Of a stretch of DNA of 64,000 nt, positions 47,247 through 56,763 are shown piece by piece. Source of the DNA: Oscillospiraceae bacterium. Its GTDB lineage: Bacteria; Bacillota; Clostridia; Oscillospirales; JAGBHD01. The DNA lies in the NCBI GenBank assembly GCA_018110785.1, contig JAGBHD010000026.1:2054-66053 (forward strand). The letters run 5' to 3'. The stretch's first letter is position 1, and each line of letters begins with the position of its first letter. The notes beneath the pieces are model-generated. The model saw only the letters and a program-made list of their open reading frames with translations, was not told the origin of the DNA and made no database searches. The position numbers and the translations under genes were made by a program.

Positions 47247-48533
47247 CTATTTTAATATAGCCGCGGCAGTATCTGCGCCGCCGCTTCCTGTTATGATAAC
47301 CTTTCTTTTTAAAGCCTTCGAAATATCCTTTACAGAGATATCATCTAAAAGGATATCCTCATCGCTTTTCAGCATACAGTTTGTTAAAAGAATAGGCTCT
47401 CGCCCCTTTATTTCTTTTAGCTGATTTATAATATCTTTTCCCGACAAAAGCCCTGCAACGGTTATGTTCTCGCCGAGAAAATCATTGCGAATGGGAATAA
47501 CCTGAAGCTCACTTGAGAACCTTTCATTTACCTTATCTATCTCCGCTTTAAGATACGGATAGAAGAGTTTTCCCGTTATAATCAGGGCTTTTTTTAGTCG
47601 AATTTTTTTCAATTTTTCTAACTTTTGCTCAAATTCTTCTATAAAAAGTCTAACCATTCCAACACCATTTTCGAGCTGATGATAGGAGCCGTAATACTCG
47701 GTATCGGGAATTTCTCTTTCGGCTGTTATAAACAACTCGTCAGACGGATAAACCATTCTCTCGCCGAACTTTTCCAAAAAGCTTTCCTGATAGCTCTCTA
47801 TAATATCTATTATCTCTTCTGCCGATTCCTTGTCGTAAGAGGTTAGGGGATAAAGCCCCTCTCGGTATTTCGTAAGCCCTGCGGGAACTGCCGAAACGCT
47901 CTCAATAAGCGGAAAATATTTTGATAAATCCTCTATCGTTTTTCTTAAAGCCGCCCCGTCGTTTATCCCTCGGCATAAAACTATCTGGCAGTTCATCTTT
48001 GTTCCCATATTATAAAATTCGGGAATAAACTTCAAAGCCTCACCCGCATTTTTGTTCTTCATCATCTGAACTCTAAGCTCGGGGTCGGTCGTATGAACTG
48101 AGATATTTATCGGCGAAATATGCATTTTACCGATGCGCTTTACATCATCTTCCGTAAGGTTGGTTAAGGTAATATAATTTCCGAATAAAAAGGAAAGACG
48201 GCTATCGTCATCTTTAAAATAAAGGGTAGAGCGAAGACCTTTCGGGAGCTGGTCGATAAAGCAAAATATACATTTATTCTTGCAGGAATGCTCCTTATCC
48301 ATTAAATAGGTATCGAAATCAAGCCCCGCATCCTTGCCCTCGGGCAATACAAGCTCTACTATCCCTTTAGAGGTTAAAAACTCAAAACGGTTTTCTTCGC
48401 CCTCTGAAAGATAGAAATTATAATCGAAAACATCGGTTATTTTATTTCCGTTTATTTTAAGAAGACTATCGCCCGCGGAAATTTGCCTTTTAAACGGGCT
48501 TCTATTCTGAATTTTACTGATAACTGCCGCCAT
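47247..48533 (-). CDS. PDZ / radical-SAM-like / DUF512 protein of unknown function
   Basis: 428 aa. N-terminal PDZ-like segment, CKNKCIFC (CxxxCxxC), and a long C-terminal domain. The DUF512 name is from recollection. Confidence 0.7.
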   Translation of the reverse strand: MAAVISKIQNRSPFKRQISAGDSLLKINGNKITDVFDYNFYLSEGEENRFEFLTSKGIVELVLPEGKDAGLDFDTYLMDKEHSCKNKCIFCFIDQLPKGLRSTLYFKDDDSRLSFLFGNYITLTNLTEDDVKRIGKMHISPINISVHTTDPELRVQMMKNKNAGEALKFIPEFYNMGTKMNCQIVLCRGINDGAALRKTIEDLSKYFPLIESVSAVPAGLTKYREGLYPLTSYDKESAEEIIDIIESYQESFLEKFGERMVYPSDELFITAEREIPDTEYYGSYHQLENGVGMVRLFIEEFEQKLEKLKKIRLKKALIITGKLFYPYLKAEIDKVNERFSSELQVIPIRNDFLGENITVAGLLSGKDIINQLKEIKGREPILLTNCMLKSDEDILLDDISVKDISKALKRKVIITGSGGADTAAAILK

Positions 48534-48543
48534 TTTATTCCTC

Positions 48544-49020
48544 TTAAATTAACGCCGCAACGCCGTAGGTTACTAATATTACGATGAGCGCCGCTATAAT
48601 AACACCTACAAAAATTGCAGGTATAGATTTTTTTACGGGTATTTTCAAAACGGATGCAACCAAAGCGCCCGTCCAAGCACCTGTTCCGGGAAGCGGAATT
48701 GCAACTAATATGATAAGGCCTAAGATAAGTCCTCTCTCGAGAGCCTTTCCCTTTTTTTCAGCTCTTTCTTCAAGCCATATTGCCGCTTTAGAAAATATTC
48801 CGCCCCAATTTTTCATCCAGATAAGAAACCTTTCCAAGAAAATAAGAATAAAGGGTATGGGGAGCATATTTCCGATAATACAAGCTATCATCGCCTCTAC
48901 GGGATCTAATCCCAAAGCTACCGCGATAGGAATTCCTCCGCGAAGCTCAATTACGGGCACCATAGATACTAAAATAGAGACTATAAGCTTGCCGATATAT
49001 GTCGTTGTAAACCATGCCAT
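48544..49020 (-). CDS. Small multidrug-export-like membrane protein (COG2426 family)
   Basis: ELRGGIP motif and 4-5 TM helices. I prefer ATG 49020 (MAWFTTTYIGK; RBS inside the tatD end) to the track start at 49056. Confidence 0.7.
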   Translation of the reverse strand: MAWFTTTYIGKLIVSILVSMVPVIELRGGIPIAVALGLDPVEAMIACIIGNMLPIPFILIFLERFLIWMKNWGGIFSKAAIWLEERAEKKGKALERGLILGLIILVAIPLPGTGAWTGALVASVLKIPVKKSIPAIFVGVIIAALIVILVTYGVAALI

Positions 49021-49021
49021 T

Positions 49022-49789
49022 TTATTTTCCCCTTTCACCGAACAGTCGACAGGCATTATTATAGGTAATCTCTGCGACCTCTTCGGGCGAAATATTTTTT
49101 ATTTCCGAAATTTTTTCTGCTATATAGGTAAGATAAGACGAATCGTTGCGCTCGCCTCTGTGAGGCTCGGGCGCCATATAAGGGCAATCGGTTTCAATTA
49201 AAAGCCGCTCTATCGGAACTGCCGCAACATTTTCTACAGCCCGAGAGGCATTTTTAAAGGTAACAACGCCTGTAAAGCCGATATAATATCCCATTTTTAA
49301 AAGCTCTGCCGCCGTTTCTTTAGAGCCTGAAAAACAATGAACAACGCCGTTATGAATTTTTCTCGAGCGCAGAATATTCATCACATCCTCTGTTGCATCT
49401 CTCGAATGTATAATAACGGGTTTTTCCGCCTTTTCGGCAATATCTAAAAGCTTTTCGAAATAGAATTTCTGCTCTTCTTTATCGCTTCCGTAATGATAAT
49501 CAAGCCCTATTTCCCCTATAGCGCGAACGGCAGGATCTTTCGCCAAGGCTTCTATTTCTAAAAGGTCTTCTTTTTTAGCGTATTTCGCATTTTCGGGGTG
49601 AATTCCAACGCTTGCCAAAAACAAGGAATTGCTTTTAGCCATTTCTATTAAATGCTTGCTGCTATCCAAATCGGTTGCCGCAAGCATTATTTTTTCAACC
49701 CCCGCGGCTTTGTTTTTATCCATTACCGTTTGGAAATCTTCGCTATAGCGGCTATCGTCGTAATGAGCGTGTGAGTCAAAAATTCTCAT
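49022..49789 (-). CDS. tatD: TatD-family metal-dependent hydrolase/DNase
   Basis: 255 aa. FDSHAH, GEIGLDY and ETDCPY motifs. Confidence 0.88.
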   Translation of the reverse strand: MRIFDSHAHYDDSRYSEDFQTVMDKNKAAGVEKIMLAATDLDSSKHLIEMAKSNSLFLASVGIHPENAKYAKKEDLLEIEALAKDPAVRAIGEIGLDYHYGSDKEEQKFYFEKLLDIAEKAEKPVIIHSRDATEDVMNILRSRKIHNGVVHCFSGSKETAAELLKMGYYIGFTGVVTFKNASRAVENVAAVPIERLLIETDCPYMAPEPHRGERNDSSYLTYIAEKISEIKNISPEEVAEITYNNACRLFGERGK

Positions 49790-51696
49790 TAGTGTATCTC
49801 TGCTCCCGCTTCTACACCGTCTAAGAACAATACCTTACAGCCGCCCTTTACATCAGCGGCAAGAATCATTCCGCAGCTTTCAGCTCCGCGAAGTTTAGCG
49901 GGTTTTAGGTTTTCAACTAAAACTACTGTTTTTCCGACTAACTCTTCGGGGGTATAATTTTTAGCAATTCCCGAAACTACCTGACGAACGCCTTTTCCGT
50001 CGTTGAGCATTAAGCGAAGCAGCTTATCTGAGCCCTCTAGCTTTTCTGCCGATTCAACCTTTGCGGCAACAAGCTTAGTTTTTGCAAATTCGTCAATGGT
50101 TATTAAATCTTCTCTTTCTTTCGGCTCGTCTTTTTTATAAAACTCCTCGATTTCTGCCATCTTCTTAGCCTCGTCAAGTCTTGCAAATAAAACCTCGCCG
50201 GGACAAACGGTAACAGAAGACAGGGTTGATAAATCTATTTCCGAAAGCTCTTTTTCTTTTCCGCCGCAGATTTTAATTATCTTCTCGGCGCTTTCGGGCA
50301 TAATGGGTAAAAGCATATTACCTATTGCCTCGATAGAAACCAAAAGCAAACGAAGCACCTTTGAAAGCTCTTCTTTTTTATTTTCGTCCTTTGCGAGCGC
50401 CCAAGGCATTGTTTCATCAATATATTTATTGCTTCTTCTGGCTAAGGTAAGTATAGCCTCTATAGCATCGGCCGTTTTGTATTCGTCCATAGCCTTTTTA
50501 TAATCGGAAAGGGCTTTTTCTGCCACTTCGATTAAATCGCGGTCAAGCTCGGTTTCTGCTTTTGCCGTAAGCACAGTCCCGCCGAAATATTTCTCTGTCA
50601 TCGCGGCTGTTCTCGAAACTAAGTTTCCTATAGTATTTGCAAGGTCGGCATTGAATTTAACTATCATATTCTCAAAAGAGATGTTTCCGTCGGACCCGTA
50701 GGGCATTTCGCTTAAAAGATAATAGCGAACTGCATCAACAGAGAAAAGCTCTGCCAAATCATCGGCATACATAACATTTCCCTTTGATTTACTCATTTTA
50801 TCGCTTCCCGAAAGAAGCCAAGGATGGCCGAATATCTGTTTCGGCAGCTCTTCGCCTAAAGCCATCAATATAATAGGCCAATAGATCGTATGGAAACGAA
50901 GAATATCCTTGCCGATGATATGAACATCGGCAGGCCAGTTTTTATTATAAAGCTCGGTCTTTTTATCGGGCTCATAGCCTAAAGCCGTTATATAATTGGA
51001 AAGGGCATCAATCCATACATAGATAACATGCTTATCATCAAAATCAACAGGAATTCCCCATTTGAAAGAGGTTCTCGAAACGCAAAGATCCTGAAGTCCC
51101 GGCTTTAAGAAGTTGTTAACCATTTCGCGCTTTCTCGATTCGGGAACAATAAAATCGGGGTTTTTCTCGATATGCTCCATCAAGCGGTCCTGATATTTGC
51201 TCATACGGAAAAAGTAAGCCTCTTCCTTGGTCTTTTTAACCGCTCTTCCGCAATCGGGGCAGCAACCGTCTACAAGCTGAGTTTCGGTAAAGAAGGATTC
51301 ACAGGGAACGCAATAGTTTCCCTCGTATTCGCTTTTATAAATATCCCCCTGCTCATAAAGGCGGCGGAATATTTTTGCAACAGCCTTTTCGTGGTCGGCA
51401 TCGGTCGTTCGGATAAATTTATCATGCGACGAGCCCATTATATTCCAAATTCTTTTAACCTCGCCCGATACCTCATCAACATATTCCTTCGGGCTTTTTC
51501 CGCTGCTTTTTGCATATTCCTCGATTTTCTGTCCGTGTTCATCGGTACCTGTAAGGAAATAAACATCATATCCTTCCATTCTCTTAAAACGGGCAATCGC
51601 ATCGGCAAGAACAATTTCATAGGTGTTTCCGATATGCGGCTTTCTTGATGTATAGGCTATAGCCGTTGTCAGATAAAATTTTTCCTTTCTCGACAT
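49789..51696 (-). CDS. metG: Methionine--tRNA ligase with C-terminal tRNA-binding (Trbp111/EMAP-like) domain
   Basis: 635 aa. HIGNTYE (HIGH), KMSKSKGN (KMSKS) and zinc knuckles CVPCESF...CPDCG. Confidence 0.93.
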   Translation of the reverse strand: MSRKEKFYLTTAIAYTSRKPHIGNTYEIVLADAIARFKRMEGYDVYFLTGTDEHGQKIEEYAKSSGKSPKEYVDEVSGEVKRIWNIMGSSHDKFIRTTDADHEKAVAKIFRRLYEQGDIYKSEYEGNYCVPCESFFTETQLVDGCCPDCGRAVKKTKEEAYFFRMSKYQDRLMEHIEKNPDFIVPESRKREMVNNFLKPGLQDLCVSRTSFKWGIPVDFDDKHVIYVWIDALSNYITALGYEPDKKTELYNKNWPADVHIIGKDILRFHTIYWPIILMALGEELPKQIFGHPWLLSGSDKMSKSKGNVMYADDLAELFSVDAVRYYLLSEMPYGSDGNISFENMIVKFNADLANTIGNLVSRTAAMTEKYFGGTVLTAKAETELDRDLIEVAEKALSDYKKAMDEYKTADAIEAILTLARRSNKYIDETMPWALAKDENKKEELSKVLRLLLVSIEAIGNMLLPIMPESAEKIIKICGGKEKELSEIDLSTLSSVTVCPGEVLFARLDEAKKMAEIEEFYKKDEPKEREDLITIDEFAKTKLVAAKVESAEKLEGSDKLLRLMLNDGKGVRQVVSGIAKNYTPEELVGKTVVLVENLKPAKLRGAESCGMILAADVKGGCKVLFLDGVEAGAEIH

Positions 51697-51721
51697 CTCT
51701 TCAAATCCTTTTCCTTAAAAT

Positions 51722-51994
51722 TTATGATAAAGCTATTATAGCTATCAGACCTAAATGCAAAACCGCAAAAATAGGAACTGATATTTTAAACAGCTTATGC
51801 TTTGTTTTGTGTCTAAACAGCTTCATTCCAAAGATAGCTCCAACCCCGCCTAAAAAGGCGGATAAAAGCAGGTCGGCTTCGCTTATTCTTGATAATCCCT
51901 TTTTAGCTCTGATTTTATCAATATAGAACAATATTAACGCTAAGAGGTTAAAAAAAGATATAACAACAAGCAAAACGGTCTCCGTTTTATTCAT
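51722..51994 (-). CDS. DUF1294 small membrane protein
   Basis: 90 aa. DKIRAKKGLSRISEADLL...GGVGAIFGMKLFRHKTKH matches my recollection of the DUF1294 signature. Confidence 0.7.
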   Translation of the reverse strand: MNKTETVLLVVISFFNLLALILFYIDKIRAKKGLSRISEADLLLSAFLGGVGAIFGMKLFRHKTKHKLFKISVPIFAVLHLGLIAIIALS

Positions 51995-53405
51995 CTGCTA
52001 CTATCCTTTCGCCCGAAATAAGCTTTTCGAGCAGATCGGTTATATCCTTAACCGATGTGCTTTTGGTTATATATCCTGCGACAGAGTTTTTAACTACCTT
52101 ATATTTTCGCTCGCCTATATTATAAAATTCAACAATATCGCTGCCCTTTGCATCATCGCTGTAAACATACTCTATTCTAAGAGTTGGCTCTCCTTCTTTG
52201 GAAGTATCGGCGATATCGGTAACCTTATATAAAAGGGCGGTAGAATAAAACTTCTGAAAATCCTCTTTTCTTATCTCTTCTCCGTCTTTTTCGATTTTCA
52301 AATATGTTTTATCTGATGGATCCGAGGTTATTTTATAATCGTATCTCTCGCCGCCGTAGTCTATTATCATATTATCAACAAGCGAGATAGAGGGAAGAAC
52401 AGGGGAGGTTGACATTACCGAAGCAGGGGAAATATCCGCCAAGGTTTCGGCATAATGCTCCGATATTCTATATATAACGCGATACTGGTCGGTAATCATA
52501 TAATAATATCCCTCTTCGCTCTTATTTCCGAGAGATATTATTATTTCGCTTTCCTCTCCATAGGAAAGTTTGCAGATCGTTGCGGGATTATCAAGCCCGT
52601 ATTTTGCCAAATCGCTGTCGTTATAGCCCAAAACCTCTATTCCCGAAGCGAAAAGATTGAAAAGTGTTGAGAAAACTGTTCCCGCCTTATCATCATCTAT
52701 AAAGATATCGTAAGGCATATCAATCTTAAAGGAATCGTTATAGTTTTCTCCGTCGTAGGTTACCTGTGCGGGTACGATAGAGAATGGGGTTATTTTAGAG
52801 CCCGAAAACTCGGCTTTATTAAGAATATCGGTAAGATTTTCAAAGCTCTCGTTTGTTATGGCAAGGCTTATAAAGTCTGTCTTCTTAGCTAAAATTAAAT
52901 CGGCTGTAGAGGAATCGAGAACATAAACATTTTCGTCTCCCTCTATGCGGACATATCTGCCTTCAGTTTCCGAGTAAAGCGACTGACCGCCGACATATAT
53001 AGTATAGCTGTTTTCGTTATCATAATATATCTTAGCCTTTCCCTCGGGATTTTTAAGCCCGTAAGGCTCTAAATTTTCGGGGGAAACAATCTTATCGGTT
53101 GAGGTAAATTTGGAAATTCCGCTAAACAAAAGGGTATAGTTTGCCTTGTCCTGCGGATATCCCTCAAATTCAGCTATGCCGAAAACGCTGTCTTCAAGGC
53201 GGTTTATGGTAAACTCGCCGTTATTATTGGAAATCTCTATCTTTTGCGCTGTTTTATAGTTTTCATTTATAAGCTGATAGCTGCCAATTATCGGCTCTTC
53301 GGGCTTTTCGGCAGGTTTTACAAAAATCTTTACTGCAAAAAAGGCGCCGACTAACAAAACTATCGCAGCAAATGAAATCAATAACGCTTTTATCTGTCGT
53401 TTCAT
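51987..53405 (-). CDS. DUF4340 domain protein (Gld-like ABC accessory)
   Basis: N-terminal TM segment and two YGL(K/D)NP-containing repeats. I prefer ATG 53405, which overlaps the upstream TGA as ATGA with AGGAGG 8 nt upstream. Confidence 0.7.
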   Translation of the reverse strand: MKRQIKALLISFAAIVLLVGAFFAVKIFVKPAEKPEEPIIGSYQLINENYKTAQKIEISNNNGEFTINRLEDSVFGIAEFEGYPQDKANYTLLFSGISKFTSTDKIVSPENLEPYGLKNPEGKAKIYYDNENSYTIYVGGQSLYSETEGRYVRIEGDENVYVLDSSTADLILAKKTDFISLAITNESFENLTDILNKAEFSGSKITPFSIVPAQVTYDGENYNDSFKIDMPYDIFIDDDKAGTVFSTLFNLFASGIEVLGYNDSDLAKYGLDNPATICKLSYGEESEIIISLGNKSEEGYYYMITDQYRVIYRISEHYAETLADISPASVMSTSPVLPSISLVDNMIIDYGGERYDYKITSDPSDKTYLKIEKDGEEIRKEDFQKFYSTALLYKVTDIADTSKEGEPTLRIEYVYSDDAKGSDIVEFYNIGERKYKVVKNSVAGYITKSTSVKDITDLLEKLISGERIVADE

Positions 53406-54904
53406 CAAGCGTGCCTCCTGCGAAGCCATACGAATATGCCTGCAGCAATAATGCCCAAAGGTAAAACTACCGCAAATACAATAAGAATGCCTGTTGCCTG
53501 TGCCTGAGTCATATTCATACTGCGGGAAGAAACATATTTCGGGACTAAGCTTACGGAAGCTTGACGGTTAAAGCGCTCATCAAACATTCCGAGCAGATAT
53601 TCGCCGTTTGCATAAACGGTAGACTGCAATATGCTCGACGATTGAAAATATGTTGAAGAAAAAGCATAAACATTGCTCGAATATTCTTTAAGCTGTCCTT
53701 CAGGGGTGTAGTCATATAACATATATTTAGAAAGAACCACCGCTCCGAACGGACCTTTTTCTGTCGCATCTTCGGGCTTCCATTTATTAGCATCTGCATC
53801 ATTCGGCATAACAACAGCTGTAGAGGTAAAGCCTGCCAGCGTTTGAGTTTGAAAATCGCCATCGGTTTCATAAAGCACCTTAATAGGCTTGGAAAAAGGA
53901 GCAGTTAAGGCAACCGAAGAGCTTTCCAAGCCTTCGGTAAAGCTGGTATCTGCATAAGAAAGCTTTGAAATATAGGGATAAACGCTAAGAAGCTTATCAG
54001 AATCTGTCTCATATGCTGTTCCGTCGTAAAAGCCGATGCCCCATTCTGCTAAATAGGCAGCAAGGTTAGGGGTTGTAGCCTGCTCGGGAGAAGCAAAATA
54101 GAAAATGTTTTTGCCGTAAGCTCCATCGTTTTCCATATAGTCTTCCAATATAACAAGCTCTTCATCGGTATAATCGTTAGTTGGGGTTGCAATAATAAGA
54201 CCGTCATAATCCCCCGCTAATTCTCCCGAATAAAGGGTTACATTTTTTTCGATTGTATAACCGTTTTTATCCAGAAGGTCGCAAAGACCTGAAACATCTC
54301 CCTCGCCGTGTCCCGATAAAACGCCTATAACCTTGGGATCTTCATCGGTAGTATTGATGATTGCGCTGGTTAAAGCCTCTTCGGTTTTTGCAGAGGTTAT
54401 TGTATATGAATAGCTTGTGTTATCAAGCTCCATATTGAAATAATCGGTATCATCTAACGCTATGTTTCGTCCCGTTTTTTTGCTTTCAACCAAAATCATT
54501 CCGCCCTGAAGATCTCTGTCGGGATAATTTGAGGTAAAAGCAGGATTTTCTACAAGGTCAACATAGTTTATTTTTATTAAAGGGTTTCTATCGGCATAAA
54601 GCTCCATACATTCTACAACCTGATTATAATAACTGCCGTTTGCCGAGAAGGTTTCCTTATCAGATAAAAGGGTTATTTCTATCTCGCTGTCAACCGATTT
54701 TAAGAATTCCTCGGTTGCTTCTGAAAGTCCGTAAAATCCTGTTCCTGTCATATCGAGCTTAATAGGATAAACTTCAAAAATCATAGCCGCAACCACATTC
54801 AAAAGAATGATGATAGCAACAACTGCGATTGTTATAAGTCTTGCCATACCGCCTACTTTGAGTTTGCGAAGTCTTTCAGCGCGGCGCGATGTATCGTTTT
54901 TCAT
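53405..54904 (-). CDS. GldG-like ABC-transporter auxiliary protein (ABC_transp_aux family)
   Basis: N- and C-terminal TM anchors around a large extracytoplasmic domain. I prefer ATG 54904 (TAAGGAGGG RBS) to the track start at 54973. Confidence 0.7.
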   Translation of the reverse strand: MKNDTSRRAERLRKLKVGGMARLITIAVVAIIILLNVVAAMIFEVYPIKLDMTGTGFYGLSEATEEFLKSVDSEIEITLLSDKETFSANGSYYNQVVECMELYADRNPLIKINYVDLVENPAFTSNYPDRDLQGGMILVESKKTGRNIALDDTDYFNMELDNTSYSYTITSAKTEEALTSAIINTTDEDPKVIGVLSGHGEGDVSGLCDLLDKNGYTIEKNVTLYSGELAGDYDGLIIATPTNDYTDEELVILEDYMENDGAYGKNIFYFASPEQATTPNLAAYLAEWGIGFYDGTAYETDSDKLLSVYPYISKLSYADTSFTEGLESSSVALTAPFSKPIKVLYETDGDFQTQTLAGFTSTAVVMPNDADANKWKPEDATEKGPFGAVVLSKYMLYDYTPEGQLKEYSSNVYAFSSTYFQSSSILQSTVYANGEYLLGMFDERFNRQASVSLVPKYVSSRSMNMTQAQATGILIVFAVVLPLGIIAAGIFVWLRRRHA

Positions 54905-54917
54905 ATCTATACCCTCC

Positions 54918-55622
54918 TTAGTTCCAGCGTTTTTTGTCCAGAATACGGACAGTAAGGAATATAAAAACTGCATATACGCTAAAGAAGAATATCATATGCT
55001 CTAAATTGAAAAGACCTAAGGTAAACTCGCTGTAACGATTGAAAAAGGAGAGCGACATTAAGGCTGTGCTTAAAAAATCTATAGGAATATATGCCGCAAA
55101 AAGGTCTATCATTAAAACAAGGATAACCGCCGCATATGTTCCAATTGCGGCAACAACCTGACTTTCGGTTAATGAAGAAATAAATAAGCCTATCGCGATT
55201 ATAGCTCCGCCGACAAAGGCAAGGCCTATATAGTTTCCGAATACCATTGCCCAACCGGGAGAGGTATAAACCGCTAAAACTAACGCATAGATAAGGGTTA
55301 TCGAAAGACCTATCATATACATTAAGAATGCAGCAAGGAATTTACCGAAAACAAGCCCCGATAAGGAAACGGGGGAGGTTAAAAGAAGCTGATCTGTCTT
55401 CTGCTTTTTCTCTTCCGACATAAGCCGCATTGTTAAAAGCGGCAACAAAAGCAGCGAAAGGGTAAAAAGCAGGGAATAAAGCTCCGACATATCCGCTGTT
55501 GCATATATTAAGTTGCAAAGATAAAGGAAAACTCCCGAAAAGATAAAAAATCCTGCAAGAAAGATATAGCCCGTAGGAGCGGAAAAATAGGCTTTTAACT
55601 CTCTTTTTATAATAGCTATCAT
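54918..55622 (-). CDS. ABC-2 type transporter permease (GldF-like)
   Basis: 234 aa with 6 predicted TM helices. Overlaps the ATPase gene by 4 nt. Confidence 0.8.
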   Translation of the reverse strand: MIAIIKRELKAYFSAPTGYIFLAGFFIFSGVFLYLCNLIYATADMSELYSLLFTLSLLLLPLLTMRLMSEEKKQKTDQLLLTSPVSLSGLVFGKFLAAFLMYMIGLSITLIYALVLAVYTSPGWAMVFGNYIGLAFVGGAIIAIGLFISSLTESQVVAAIGTYAAVILVLMIDLFAAYIPIDFLSTALMSLSFFNRYSEFTLGLFNLEHMIFFFSVYAVFIFLTVRILDKKRWN

Positions 55623-56560
55623 TCTGCTTGTCCCTCCCCTGTAAGATTTAAGAATATATCCTCAAGCGACATTTCCATACTTTTTGAATATAAAAGCGGC
55701 ATTCCTCGCTCGGAAAGTCTTTTGAAAAGCTCACGGCGAATATCCTTTCCCTCGTCTGCCTCAACAGTAAAATCGAAGGCTCCCGCTTCCTTTTCACCTA
55801 AACAACGAACTGCATTAACATTCGGAATTGAGGTTAAAAGGCTGTATATGTTTCTCTCGTTGCCCTCAATTCTAACGGTTAATCGGTGGTCGGCGCTTAA
55901 AGTCTTAGAAAGCTCTTCGGGGTTACCGTCTGCAACTAATTTACCCTTATTTATAACAACAATTCTGTCGCAAACTGCTGAAACCTCAGGCAAAATATGA
56001 GAAGAGAGAATAACTGTATGGTTTTTACCCAAGCTTTTAATAAGTGTTCTTATTTCAATAATCTGCTTAGGATCAAGTCCCACAGTAGGCTCGTCTAAAA
56101 TCAAAACCCTCGGGTTGCCAACAAGCGCCTGAGCCAAGCCTACGCGCTGCTTATATCCTTTGGATAGGTTTTTTATAAGACGGGTATAAACATTCTCGAT
56201 TTTAACAAGACTGCAAATCTCCGCTAAATGGCTATCTTTAGGGAGAGTGCATTTCTTTAAATCATAAATAAAGCTTAAATATTCCTTAACCGTCATATCG
56301 GGGTATAACGGTGGCTGCTCAGGAAGATAGCCGATTTCTTTTTTTGCTCTTATCGGATCTTCCAAAACATCTATTCCGTTTATCTTGGCATTTCCCGAAG
56401 AAGAGGAAAGATATCCTGTTAAAATATTCATTGTTGTTGTTTTGCCGGCGCCGTTCGGACCTAAAAATCCGAGTATCTCGCCGTCGTTAACGGTGAAGCT
56501 GATATTATCCACAGCTTTGTTGCTTCCATAGCGTTTTGATAAGGATTGAACCTCGATCAT
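55619..56560 (-). CDS. ABC transporter ATP-binding protein (GldA-like)
   Basis: 313 aa. Walker A GPNGAGKTT, signature LSKGYKQRV and Walker B ILDEP. Confidence 0.9.
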   Translation of the reverse strand: MIEVQSLSKRYGSNKAVDNISFTVNDGEILGFLGPNGAGKTTTMNILTGYLSSSSGNAKINGIDVLEDPIRAKKEIGYLPEQPPLYPDMTVKEYLSFIYDLKKCTLPKDSHLAEICSLVKIENVYTRLIKNLSKGYKQRVGLAQALVGNPRVLILDEPTVGLDPKQIIEIRTLIKSLGKNHTVILSSHILPEVSAVCDRIVVINKGKLVADGNPEELSKTLSADHRLTVRIEGNERNIYSLLTSIPNVNAVRCLGEKEAGAFDFTVEADEGKDIRRELFKRLSERGMPLLYSKSMEMSLEDIFLNLTGEGQAE

Positions 56561-56606
56561 ATCCTGTTTAATCCTCCTTGATTTTTAAATAAAGATATTC
56601 CCTTTG

Positions 56607-56635
56607 ATTATACTATTTTTTTGCGGTATTGTCAA
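56607..56635 (-). promoter_or_regulatory. Promoter of the ABC/GldG...metG gene string
   Basis: Minus strand reads TTGACA (56630-56635), a 17-nt spacer, then TATAAT (56607-56612). Confidence 0.7.
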
Positions 56636-56690
56636 AGCAAATATACTATTTTTCACGATTTATTCACACAGAATAACGCTACCGCAAAAA

Positions 56691-56719
56691 TTGACAGTTT
56701 ACAGCGGTTGTGCTATACT
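56691..56719 (+). promoter_or_regulatory. Promoter of the flippase gene
   Basis: TTGACA (56691-56696), a 17-nt spacer, then TATACT (56714-56719). Confidence 0.65.
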
Positions 56720-56763
56720 GTTTTTTTAGAAAACGAGGAAAGAAAAAACGAGGTCGTTTTTAA

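Noticed and set aside
48584-49201. 205-aa plus-strand ORF
   Set aside because: It is antisense to the COG2426 membrane protein and the tatD 3' end. It is a shadow frame of genes with clear family motifs.
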